NCBI GenBank assembly: GCA_046052125.1
Contig: JBJOMY010000004.1
Location: 160,001-224,000 of the forward strand
Length of the DNA stretch: 64,000 nucleotides
From: Cyanobacteriota bacterium
Lineage (GTDB): Bacteria; Cyanobacteriota; Cyanobacteriia; PCC-6307; Cyanobiaceae
Reading direction: 5' to 3'
Shown here: positions 1-8,184 of the stretch, in pieces
Layout of the letters: each line of letters opens with the position of its first letter
Numbering within the stretch: position 1 is the stretch's first letter
Position numbers and translations under genes: made by a program
Notes under the pieces: model-generated
Seen by the model: only the letters and a program-made list of their open reading frames with translations
Told to the model about the DNA's origin: nothing
The model's database searches: none

Positions 1-28
1 GAGGCGTGTCGTCCTTGCGGATAGCCAT
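1..28 (-). CDS. 5' end of a gene running off the left edge (MAIRKDDTP...), possibly a cyanobacterial FtsH protease
   Basis: ATG at 28-26 on the minus strand, divergent from the SRAP gene. The 9 visible residues resemble N-termini I recall for picocyanobacterial FtsH, but this is too short to confirm. Confidence 0.3.
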
Positions 29-113
29 GCGCGGGCAGCCGGAATGGCATCCAAACTAGGGGTCACCCACGGCCCCAGTGGTGGGTGAGAACCGAACGGG
101 AGTTGCTCTCGCC

Positions 114-767
114 ATGTGTGGCCGCTATTCCCTCACCGCCCGCCTCGATCAGCTGCTGCCGCGCCTGCAGGGTGCGCTGCCACTGGGGTTGGATCAGCAC
201 TACGCCCCGCGCGGCCTGATCGCCCCGGGAGAACCGGTGCTGGCATTACGACAGGAGCATGGTCTGCTGCAGCCGGCCCTGATGCTGTGGGGGTTGCTGC
301 CGGAATGGAGCAAGGATCCGTTGGCGGGTCCGCGGCCGTTTAACGCCCGTGCTGAAACCGTGGCCGAGAAGGCCAGCTTCCGCGGCGCCTGGAGGCATCG
401 GCGCTGCCTGTTGCCGGCTGATGCCTTTCTGGAGAAAGGGCATCGCATCCACCGCCGTGATCACGGCCTGTTCTGGCTGGCGGGGATTTGGGACCGCTGG
501 ATCGGCCCTGATGGCAGCGAGGTGGAGAGCTGCTGTGTGCTCACCACCTCGCCCAATGGCCTGGTGGCGCCACTGCACAACCGCATGCCGGTGATCGTTC
601 CCGATGGGCTGGAACAGGCCTGGCTGGAAACCAAAGATGGTCCTGGCCTGCGGGCGCTTGAGCCGCTGCTGCAGGGCTGGGATCCGGGGAACTGGAGCGC
701 AACAGCACCGCCAAGGCGAGCTCCGCGATCAGAGCCAGGCAGCCAGCAGTTGCCGTTGTTTCCCTGA
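114..767 (+). CDS. SOS response-associated peptidase (SRAP/YedK/HMCES family), abasic-site processing protein
   Basis: Starts MCGRY (catalytic Cys2, so ATG at 114 rather than 78); NARAETV, RRCLLPAD and HNRMPV motifs. Confidence 0.92.
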   Translation: MCGRYSLTARLDQLLPRLQGALPLGLDQHYAPRGLIAPGEPVLALRQEHGLLQPALMLWGLLPEWSKDPLAGPRPFNARAETVAEKASFRGAWRHRRCLLPADAFLEKGHRIHRRDHGLFWLAGIWDRWIGPDGSEVESCCVLTTSPNGLVAPLHNRMPVIVPDGLEQAWLETKDGPGLRALEPLLQGWDPGNWSATAPPRRAPRSEPGSQQLPLFP

Positions 768-803
768 TCTCCACAATGAAGCCAGTCCGGTGGAGCGGCG
801 TTC

Positions 804-1550
804 GTGCACACCCCGCGCATGCGACGCCGCCACAGCGGTTATGTGGGCCTGTTGATCACCTGCTTGGGGGTGCTGGTCTGCCTGATGTTGCCCAAGGGGC
901 TTCGGCAGCTGGCTGTGATCGGCTATCTGGCCCTACCCCTGGTGTTGATCAGCGCCCTGGGGATGCCCATCAAGGAGGGGCGATGGCCAACGCTGCGCAT
1001 GCACGTGTTTCGGATGTTGGGCTTTGTCACCTGGGTGGCATCGCTGATCTGGTACCTCACGCCCTTGTCGCAGCAGAGCACCGGTGTGCCCTTGCTGGTG
1101 CTCTGGTCGCTGTTGGTGATCTGGAGCTGTGAGCGGCTGATTCGCAACCTGGCCTTGGAACGGCAGATCAACCGGGAGGTGTTGTTCGGTGCCTTGGCTG
1201 GCTACCTGCTGCTCGGCCTGGCGGCGGGATTGCTGTTCAGCGCCCTGGAAACCGTGGCGCCCGGGAGCTTCGTCGCCACCAGGTCCAGCCATGGGCCTGT
1301 GCTCCGCTCCCAAGGAACGACGGCCAACCCAGCCCACCCTGTGTGGGCGGTGGATTTTGTGGAGCTCAATTACTTCGCGTTTGTCACCCTCACCACCACG
1401 GGTTACGGCGACATTCACCCCTTCTCGGCCCAGGCCCAGATGCTGTGCGTGATCGTGGCCATCGCCGGCACGGTCTATCTGGCGATGGTGATGGGCTTGT
1501 TAATCAGTCGCTACACCGCCCGGGATGTGGAGGATCAGCTCGATCCGTGA
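804..1550 (+). CDS. Potassium channel family membrane protein
   Basis: Several hydrophobic helices and a pore/selectivity filter YFAFVTLTTTGYGDIHP. Confidence 0.85.
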   Translation: MHTPRMRRRHSGYVGLLITCLGVLVCLMLPKGLRQLAVIGYLALPLVLISALGMPIKEGRWPTLRMHVFRMLGFVTWVASLIWYLTPLSQQSTGVPLLVLWSLLVIWSCERLIRNLALERQINREVLFGALAGYLLLGLAAGLLFSALETVAPGSFVATRSSHGPVLRSQGTTANPAHPVWAVDFVELNYFAFVTLTTTGYGDIHPFSAQAQMLCVIVAIAGTVYLAMVMGLLISRYTARDVEDQLDP

Positions 1551-2626
1551 GCGCTGAGCTCAAAGCACCAGTCGGGCCCGAGCGGTTGTAGTCGCTGCGC
1601 TAGCCAGGGCTCCGCCTGATTTACATCCACCAACCCCAGATCACCCAGGGGAGTGCGGGCGGCTAGTCCCCCCAGCAGTTTCGGGGCGATCACTGCGGCC
1701 AGTTGCTGTACGCAGCCCTGATGCAGGGCGGAGGCGGCGAGCGCTGGGCCGCATTCCCAGAGCACTTGGTTGCATCCGCGCTGGGCGAGGGCCTCGAGCA
1801 GCTCCCGGGGTTCGCAGTGCTCGAGGCTCAGCCGCTCCACCCCCCACAGATCCAGCAGATCGCATCGATCCGCTGGTGCGTCATGGCCATGCACCACCAG
1901 GGTGCGGGCCAGGTGTTGGTCCCAGAGCGCAGCGCCGGCCGGTAGATCCAGGGATCGGCTGAACACCACGCGCAGTGGTTCAGGGGAGCGATGGCCCCGG
2001 CTGGTGAGTAGGGGGTTGTCGGCCCGCACGGTGCCCCCGCCCACGATCACCGCGTCGCAACGGGCCCGGAGTTGATGCACCCAGCTGCGGGCCGTTGGGC
2101 CGGAAATCCACTGGCTTGAGCCATTGGGCAGGGCCGTGCGGCCATCGAGGCTCATCGCCCACTTGAGAATGCCCAGGGGCCGGCCCTGCTGCACCCGGTG
2201 GATGAAGGCGCGGTTGAGCTGGCGCGCTTCGCTCTCGCACACCGCTTCGATCACCTCGATGCCCGCGCTCCGCAGCTGGGCTAGGCCCTGGCCGGAGACG
2301 CGCGGATCCGGATCGGTCATCGCCACCACCACCCTCGCAATGCCCGCGGCCTTCAAGGCCTCTGTGCAGGGCGGCGTGCGGCCGTGGTGGCAGCAGGGCT
2401 CCAGTGTGACCACCGCCGTTCCGCCCTCGGCACGGGCACCGGCCTGGCGTAGGGCGTGCACCTCGGCATGGGGGGTGCCGGCCCGCTGATGGAAGCCTTC
2501 ACCCACCAGGTGGCCGGCGGCATCGAGCACGACGCAGCCCACGAGGGGGTTGGGGCTGGTGCGGCCTGCCCCCAGGGCGGCCAGTTGCAGGGCACGCTGC
2601 ATCCAGGGCCGCCAGGGGGCGCTCAT
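1535..2626 (-). CDS. ribD: Riboflavin biosynthesis deaminase/reductase RibD
   Basis: TSPNPLVGCV, HAE, LEPCCHHGRTPPC zinc motif, KWAMSLDG, WISG reductase domain. Confidence 0.96.
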   Translation of the reverse strand: MSAPWRPWMQRALQLAALGAGRTSPNPLVGCVVLDAAGHLVGEGFHQRAGTPHAEVHALRQAGARAEGGTAVVTLEPCCHHGRTPPCTEALKAAGIARVVVAMTDPDPRVSGQGLAQLRSAGIEVIEAVCESEARQLNRAFIHRVQQGRPLGILKWAMSLDGRTALPNGSSQWISGPTARSWVHQLRARCDAVIVGGGTVRADNPLLTSRGHRSPEPLRVVFSRSLDLPAGAALWDQHLARTLVVHGHDAPADRCDLLDLWGVERLSLEHCEPRELLEALAQRGCNQVLWECGPALAASALHQGCVQQLAAVIAPKLLGGLAARTPLGDLGLVDVNQAEPWLAQRLQPLGPDWCFELSAHGSS

Positions 2627-3147
2627 GAGCCGATGTGTTGGGCCTGATCCTCACGCCAGCTGGGCAGGCTGCGCCATTCCGCCACCACGTAGGGGGGAAC
2701 GGGCAGCTCAACGAACACCCCAGGTAGCTCAAGCCGCAGCGGTCGGTTCTGATGCAGTTCAGACAGCAGTGGATTGAGGTTGAACTCGGCGGCGGCGTCT
2801 CGTCCATCGGTCGCCAACTTGGGGTTGGCAGTAGTGATGTCGTCGAGTTCCCAGGTGTTGCGCCCGGAGTGCACCAGCAGCGCCGTGGGGTGATCGAGGC
2901 GCACCCTCCCGGGGAAGCCCACGATCCGCAGCGTCACAGGGCCGCCGGGCGGGCCGCTGCGGTAGGCCACGGCCTGCCAGCTCTGGTAATCGAGATCGCG
3001 CAGGCTCTCGAGGCTGCGCACCACCTCCTGGCCGTTTTCATCGTCATGGGCATGCACTTGGGCCCAGGCGGGCTGCAGTGGTGTGAGCAGCAGCAGCGCG
3101 CCGGCCAGGCAAGCCACAACAGCCCGAACGAGAGAACCTGAGGCCAT
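2623..3147 (-). CDS. Cyanobacterial DUF3122-like exported protein
   Basis: Signal-like N-terminus (…QPAWA), RSLESLRDLDYQSWQAVAY and LRIVGFPG motifs. Start placed at ATG 3147 to avoid overlap with yoeB; stop overlaps the ribD start. Confidence 0.7.
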   Translation of the reverse strand: MASGSLVRAVVACLAGALLLLTPLQPAWAQVHAHDDENGQEVVRSLESLRDLDYQSWQAVAYRSGPPGGPVTLRIVGFPGRVRLDHPTALLVHSGRNTWELDDITTANPKLATDGRDAAAEFNLNPLLSELHQNRPLRLELPGVFVELPVPPYVVAEWRSLPSWREDQAQHIGS

Positions 3148-3188
3148 GAACCAGCAAATCTGACGTTCAGCGTATGGAACGGAGCGGC

Positions 3189-3458
3189 TCAGTCGTAATG
3201 GCTCCACATCCGCAGCACCCTGACAACTCCCCCCTTGCTGTCAACGGAGTACACCAGCCGGTGCTGAATGTTGATCCGCCGTGAGTAGGCGCCGCGTAAG
3301 TCGCCCACCAGGGTTTCAAAGGGAGGCGGTTGCTGGAAGGGGTCTTCAGCCAGCAAAGCCAGAAGCTGTTGGGCTTTGTCTTTGAGTGCCGGAGCTGCGC
3401 TGGCAAGTTTGCGGGCGTCCTTCTGTGCCTCCCGGGTGAAAAGAACACGCCAGCTCAC
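3189..3458 (-). CDS. yoeB: Txe/YoeB family toxin (type II TA, RelE superfamily)
   Basis: 89 aa with PPPFETLVGDLRGAYSRRINIQHRLVY and C-terminal MWSHYD. Confidence 0.92.
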   Translation of the reverse strand: MSWRVLFTREAQKDARKLASAAPALKDKAQQLLALLAEDPFQQPPPFETLVGDLRGAYSRRINIQHRLVYSVDSKGGVVRVLRMWSHYD

Positions 3459-3697
3459 CAGCCGGCGTCCTCACTGAGTTCATCGATTGGTGCGGCCATC
3501 CCCTCGAGGATCGACTCACGCATGCCTGGGATGGACGTGAGGTGAAGGGTTTCCTGGATGGCGCGCCAGTCCTGCTCCGAGAGCAGCACCGCACTGCCGC
3601 GCTTGCCGTGGATCTCAACCGGTTGATGCGATTCGCGCACCTCATCGATCAGTGAGAACAGGCGTCGACGCGCCTCGCTAGCCGTGATGGCCCCCAT
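3455..3697 (-). CDS. yefM: Phd/YefM family antitoxin
   Basis: 80 aa from ATG 3697: ITASEARRRLFSLIDEV…PVEI…AVLLSEQDW…IQETLHL. GTGA overlap with the toxin start. Confidence 0.9.
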   Translation of the reverse strand: MGAITASEARRRLFSLIDEVRESHQPVEIHGKRGSAVLLSEQDWRAIQETLHLTSIPGMRESILEGMAAPIDELSEDAGW

Positions 3698-3700
3698 GAC

Positions 3701-3738
3701 CAGAAAAACGCGTACCACTAATCGTACGCGTTTTTCTG
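3701..3738. promoter_or_regulatory. Perfect 15-bp inverted repeat, probable TA autoregulatory operator
   Basis: CAGAAAAACGCGTAC-(CACTAATC)-GTACGCGTTTTTCTG, separated from the antitoxin ATG by 3 nt. Confidence 0.7.
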
Positions 3739-3747
3739 TGGTGGTGT

Positions 3748-6243
3748 TCAGCTCCGCTCCGCACCAGGAATGTGCTGCCAGTTGGTGTGGGTGGCCCACA
3801 CCCCCCAGATGGCCATGGCCCGCAGGTAGTGGCAGGCGCGGAAGGTGTTCACGGCGGTGATCGCTTCGGGGGTACGGAACTGCAGGCCACCGCGATACAC
3901 CTGCTCCACCACGGCTGAGGTGATCGCCAGGGCGGTTTCGGTGTCGCCCATCAGCCGGTAGTAGCTGGCGATGCCGAAGTTGATGCCGGTCCACACCTCC
4001 AGGGGGTGGGTGCCGTTGGGGTCGAGGGGGGTGCCATCGCGGCGCAGGCCATTGGCCACACCGAGGCGGCCGCCTTCAAAGCGCTCGAAGCAGGCTTCCT
4101 TCACGGCCTTGAGGGTGCTGCGGCTGTTGGCTTCGCTCACCACCGGCGGCAGCCCGAGCAGCCGGGCGTAGAAATCGCCGCAGAGTTGGTCGGCCATCAC
4201 CACCGGCGTGCCGCTCTCGGCGTCGATGTCGTAGTACTCGCCGTTCCAGAGCAGCGTGTCGAAGTTGGCCCGCGATTGCTCCAGCCAGCCGCTGAAGGTG
4301 CGTTGTTCGCCAGAGGTGTCGAGCCCCGTCTGCAACTGCAGCTGTTGGGCGATGGCCAGGGCGGCCTCCAGGGCTGCGATCCACAGGGCTCCGCAGTAGG
4401 CGCTCACGCCCTTGAGGGGCCAGTCATCGAAGGTTTGATCCGGTGCGCCGCCGTTGTCGGGTAGGCCGTCGTTGTTGGCGTCAAAGGTTTTCAAGTAGTG
4501 CAGCGCTTCCACCGCAGCGGGCCAGCACTCCGCCAGGAAGTTGATGTCTTCGCCGTTGGGCGCCAACTTGAAGGTGCGCCACACCTGGAGCACGTAGTCG
4601 CTGGCCAGGTCCTTCCAGAGGTTGCAGTCCTGGTAGGCGGTGTAGTTCGTGGCATCCCAGGGCCGCTCATTCGGTGCGCCCAGGTCGTGGGGGGTGGCTC
4701 CTTTCACCTTGCGGGCCGCTTCCACGCGCCCTTTGCCCTGGGTGAAATACCAACCGATCGGCCGCGGCGAGGCATCGGCAGCGGGGATCGCCCGCGCGAA
4801 GCTGCGCAGCACTGCCTTGTCGAGCTCCGGCCAGAGCTGCAGCAGCGCCAGTGAGCCGTAGAGCCGCACATCGAGGCTTTCGTACCAGGCGTAGTCGAGG
4901 CACTCGAGCACGCCGAAACGGCCGTAGGGATCTTCCCGTGATGCGGCGCTCCAGAGGCTGCCGCCACTGCAGAGGTCGTAGAGCTCGTTGAACAGAGCCA
5001 TCCGCAGTGGCTCGGGCAGATCGCTGCGCTCAAGCACCGGCTGCTGCCAGGCCTCGATCTGTGCACGCCAGCTGCGCCAGTCGCGCAGGCCCTCGGCGGC
5101 GATGGCGGCGGCATTGATGCCACTCGTGCCGAAGAAATCGGTGTAGCGGCGCAGGGCGCTGGTGCCGGTGGCAAAGGCCGTCACCGGCAGATCCCAGCTG
5201 ATCACCAGCGGAATCTCGATGCTCTGGCCGGGCTCCAGGCGGCACTGAACCGCCAGGGCGGCACTGGCGGGATCGTTGACTCCGCTGCGCCGATCGTTGT
5301 TGCTTTCAGGAATGGAGCCATTGGCGCTGAAATCGCTCCAGATTTCGCTGCCATCGCCGTGGGGATTCCAGCGGCTGCAGCGCTGGATTCGCACCCATGG
5401 TTGCTCGCTGGTGGCAATGCACCACTGACCCTGACCTTCGGCAACCGGAGAGGAGACATCGCCCTCCAGCAGCACGCCTTTCAGCGAGCCATCGTCTACC
5501 CAGCGGTTGCGATGGCCCTCGCTGTTGCCGATGGCCGGTGCGTAGTTGTGCTCGGGGCTGCCGTCGTCACGGAAGTGCACCTCAGCTGAGGCGTCGGTGT
5601 TGGTGAACCAGCCGGTGGTGTTGCGCCAGCTCAGCAGCAGCGACAGATCAAGCGGCTTGCGGGTGGGGTTGCGCAGGGTCCACACAAACACCGCCACCGG
5701 GTAGCTGGTCTGCCTGTAGTTGCCCGGCAGGATCGGGCTGAAGGCCTCGCAGCTCACCTCAGCATCGAAGACGCCCTGGTAGTGGCTCCAGCTCAGTGGG
5801 TAGCGGGCCGCGTAGGTGCCGGTGGATCGATCGGCGCTGCTGGCGGGGTACCAGTTCCAGGCCGGTAGAGGTTGGCCAGCCTCGGGCCGTGAGGCATCCA
5901 CCTCGGGTGCAACGGCCAGGGCGTGGGCGCGCGGGGTTTTGCCGTTGTCTTCAAACAGGGCGAACTGACAGTCGGGCAGCACACCAAACCAGTGCTCGCC
6001 TCCATCGAGGTGCCAGAGGTTGAAATTCCCGTCGGGCGCGCGGCCGATGCAGCCCGCACCGAAGCCCCCCAGGGGCATGCCGTGATTGGGGCCGTCGTCG
6101 AGGTTGCTGGCGTAGCGAACGGTGTAGGGCTTGCTCCAGCCCTGGCCCAGGGCCCGCGACCAACTGGCACTGGGGGCTTGCCAGGTGCTGCGGGATTTGC
6201 GGCGCAGCAGGGATCGGAGGGCGGTGAGGCCGAGGCGCGCCAT
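3748..6243 (-). CDS. GH116 family glycoside hydrolase (GBA2-like beta-glucosidase)
   Basis: HGMPLGGFGAGCIG, FGVLECLDYAWYESLDV, PHDLG, WKDL, DQTFDDW and EVWTG…TPEA…YLRAMAIW motifs. Confidence 0.92.
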   Translation of the reverse strand: MARLGLTALRSLLRRKSRSTWQAPSASWSRALGQGWSKPYTVRYASNLDDGPNHGMPLGGFGAGCIGRAPDGNFNLWHLDGGEHWFGVLPDCQFALFEDNGKTPRAHALAVAPEVDASRPEAGQPLPAWNWYPASSADRSTGTYAARYPLSWSHYQGVFDAEVSCEAFSPILPGNYRQTSYPVAVFVWTLRNPTRKPLDLSLLLSWRNTTGWFTNTDASAEVHFRDDGSPEHNYAPAIGNSEGHRNRWVDDGSLKGVLLEGDVSSPVAEGQGQWCIATSEQPWVRIQRCSRWNPHGDGSEIWSDFSANGSIPESNNDRRSGVNDPASAALAVQCRLEPGQSIEIPLVISWDLPVTAFATGTSALRRYTDFFGTSGINAAAIAAEGLRDWRSWRAQIEAWQQPVLERSDLPEPLRMALFNELYDLCSGGSLWSAASREDPYGRFGVLECLDYAWYESLDVRLYGSLALLQLWPELDKAVLRSFARAIPAADASPRPIGWYFTQGKGRVEAARKVKGATPHDLGAPNERPWDATNYTAYQDCNLWKDLASDYVLQVWRTFKLAPNGEDINFLAECWPAAVEALHYLKTFDANNDGLPDNGGAPDQTFDDWPLKGVSAYCGALWIAALEAALAIAQQLQLQTGLDTSGEQRTFSGWLEQSRANFDTLLWNGEYYDIDAESGTPVVMADQLCGDFYARLLGLPPVVSEANSRSTLKAVKEACFERFEGGRLGVANGLRRDGTPLDPNGTHPLEVWTGINFGIASYYRLMGDTETALAITSAVVEQVYRGGLQFRTPEAITAVNTFRACHYLRAMAIWGVWATHTNWQHIPGAERS

Positions 6244-6270
6244 GGGGCAGCTGAGGGTGGGGCCAGCTTG

Positions 6271-6522
6271 TCAGAGCTTGCTGTTCGGTGCCTCAGCGCC
6301 CACTTCCTGTTCCACCAGGGCATCGAGGGTCACAGCGGAGCGCACCAGGGCCTGGTAGTGCTGCACCACCCGCCGGTTGCGCTCCAGCCAGCCCGCCGGA
6401 TTGCCCTGGGCGGCGGCGAGGCTGCCGGTGTGATCGCCATCGAGCAGATCGAGATCGTTTTGCTGGTTGATCAGTGCAAGCACCAGCTCATGAATGCGCT
6501 GGCGGCGATCGGCGTCGGGCAT
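6271..6522 (-). CDS. Hypothetical helical protein (83 aa)
   Basis: ATG-start ORF that fills the gap between grrM and GH116, co-oriented with both; plausible composition. Confidence 0.7.
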   Translation of the reverse strand: MPDADRRQRIHELVLALINQQNDLDLLDGDHTGSLAAAQGNPAGWLERNRRVVQHYQALVRSAVTLDALVEQEVGAEAPNSKL

Positions 6523-6570
6523 GGAACGGAAAAACCGCTCAACACGTGATAGCCCAGCCAGAGCTGTGGC

Positions 6571-7764
6571 TCAGTGGCCGGGAGGCGGCCCAGCTTCGAA
6601 GCGATCGAGCAGCACCTGCACCGGGATTTGCGTACGGAAGCGGCAGGCGCTGGTTTCACTGCAATCCAGCGTGCCGTGCTCCCAGAACTTGTTGCTGCCC
6701 ATGCCGCCGCCGCAGAGGCCGTAGTAGTCGCAGCTGCTCTGGCAGCGCTGCATCCCCGCCACCACATCAGCCCAGAGTTGCTGGAAGCGGGGGCTGTGGG
6801 CGGCATCCACCAGCGTGGTGTCGCGGATGTTGCCGAGGTTGAACGTGCCGTAGCGCTCGCTGCTCACCGAGAGCAGCTCCGGATCAAAGGTGGAGAAGTT
6901 GCCCTGCCAGTCCACGCTGAGGATCGAATAGGGCCGGTTGAGTTCGTTCTGATTGAGGCGCCGGTTGCGCTGGATCAGATCGATCACCTGCTGAAACTCC
7001 CGCAGCATCACCGGATGGCCATCGGCTTCGCTGAGCTGCCAGAAGCGCGTGAGGAACTCCCGGTAGCGCTCCTCCTGCTCACGGCCCTGCATCGAGGAGC
7101 TGGTGTGCACGCCCTCTTGCTCCTCCACGTTGAAGCCCACGGAGCTGATGCCGTTGTCGCGGAAGAAGCGATACATCGCTTCGGGCTGCTCCATCGCCGC
7201 GGCGGTCACCACCGCGATCACGTGGCAGGGGATGTTGTGGCGCCGCAGGGTGTCGATACCGCGCAGGCAGAGATGGTGCGAGGGGTTGCCATTGCGGAAA
7301 CGGCGATGGGCGTCGTGGATGGCCTCCGGCCCGTCGATGCTCACGCCCACCACGATGCGGTTGCGACGGAAGCAGTCGCACCATTCGTCGTTGATCAGCG
7401 TGCCGTTGGTCTGCACGTGCTGCTCGATCACCACGTTGCCGTCGCTGAACTCGTGCAGACAGCGCTCGATGATCGCGGTGGCTTCGTCGTAGTAGCTGCA
7501 GGGCAGGGTGAGCGGTTCGCCGGCGTGCCACACCAACGACAGATGCGGCCCGCAGAAGGGGCTCTCCATCACCCGCTGCAGCAGCAGGGGCAGGAGCTCC
7601 AGGTTGAACACCCGCCGCTTCTGCCGATCGGGCAGATAGCAGTAGTCGCAGTCGAGGTTGCAAAGGGAGGTGGATTGCACCACTACCAGGCCGATTGGGC
7701 CGAAACGGCTCAGATCGAGAGCTGCATCGGCCGAGGGGGCCGTTGCGACTGTGCTGCTGCTCAC
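6571..7764 (-). CDS. grrM: Radical SAM/SPASM peptide maturase, GrrM/OscB (cyclophane-forming) family
   Basis: CNLDCDYC radical SAM motif, WHAGEPL, QTNGTLI, VSIDGP, C-terminal CQSSCDYYGLCGGG…C…C. GTG start overlaps the precursor stop. Confidence 0.92.
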   Translation of the reverse strand: MSSSTVATAPSADAALDLSRFGPIGLVVVQSTSLCNLDCDYCYLPDRQKRRVFNLELLPLLLQRVMESPFCGPHLSLVWHAGEPLTLPCSYYDEATAIIERCLHEFSDGNVVIEQHVQTNGTLINDEWCDCFRRNRIVVGVSIDGPEAIHDAHRRFRNGNPSHHLCLRGIDTLRRHNIPCHVIAVVTAAAMEQPEAMYRFFRDNGISSVGFNVEEQEGVHTSSSMQGREQEERYREFLTRFWQLSEADGHPVMLREFQQVIDLIQRNRRLNQNELNRPYSILSVDWQGNFSTFDPELLSVSSERYGTFNLGNIRDTTLVDAAHSPRFQQLWADVVAGMQRCQSSCDYYGLCGGGMGSNKFWEHGTLDCSETSACRFRTQIPVQVLLDRFEAGPPPGH

Positions 7765-8147
7765 CAGTTCACGAAGCTGCCGGGCAGCACGTTGGCCCAG
7801 CCGCCATTGCCCCAGCCGCCATTGGGCCAGCCGAGATTCACATTCAGGCCGCCGCCGTAGTAGCGGCCGCCATTGCCCCAGCCACCACCATTACCCCAGC
7901 CGCCTCCGCGCCAACCGCCGCCATTACCCCAGGCGCGACCGCCACCGTTGCCCCAGTAGCGCGCCACCAATTCGCCGTTGCCGGAGCTGAGTTGTGGCTG
8001 CCAGGCGCCGTCGCGTAGAGCCTGGATGCGGCTCTCAAGCGGATTCCTAAGATCCGGGGCTTGAAACACAGCGGCCTGAGCCGTCTCGGTGAAGACGGCG
8101 GCTGCGGCGGTGAGGGTGAGCAGCTGCAGCAGAGAACGGGGTGCCAT
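7761..8147 (-). CDS. grrA: Gly-rich repeat RiPP precursor, GrrA/OscA family
   Basis: 128 aa: signal-like N-terminus, leader, then a repeat core (5x WGN, WPN, WAN, FVNW). Directly upstream of the rSAM gene. Confidence 0.9.
   Translation of the reverse strand: MAPRSLLQLLTLTAAAAVFTETAQAAVFQAPDLRNPLESRIQALRDGAWQPQLSSGNGELVARYWGNGGGRAWGNGGGWRGGGWGNGGGWGNGGRYYGGGLNVNLGWPNGGWGNGGWANVLPGSFVNW
7795..7957 (-). repeat. Imperfect coding tandem repeats encoding WGNGG units
   Basis: Recurring CCGCCATTGCCCCA / CCATTACCCCA units on the + strand. Confidence 0.8.
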
Positions 8148-8184
8148 GGCAGTGACGGTTGCGGTGATCAGGAGGGCTGGGGCG

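Noticed and set aside
3455..3994. 179-aa version of the antitoxin
   Set aside because: The extension overlaps GH116 and the palindrome; the Phd/YefM domain begins at ATG 3697.
6574..7860. 428-aa + strand ORF antisense to grrM
   Set aside because: Shadow frame of a GC3-rich gene; no recognisable motifs.
7795..7957. Short repeats as a possible CRISPR array
   Set aside because: Imperfect in-frame coding repeats with no unique spacers and no cas genes.
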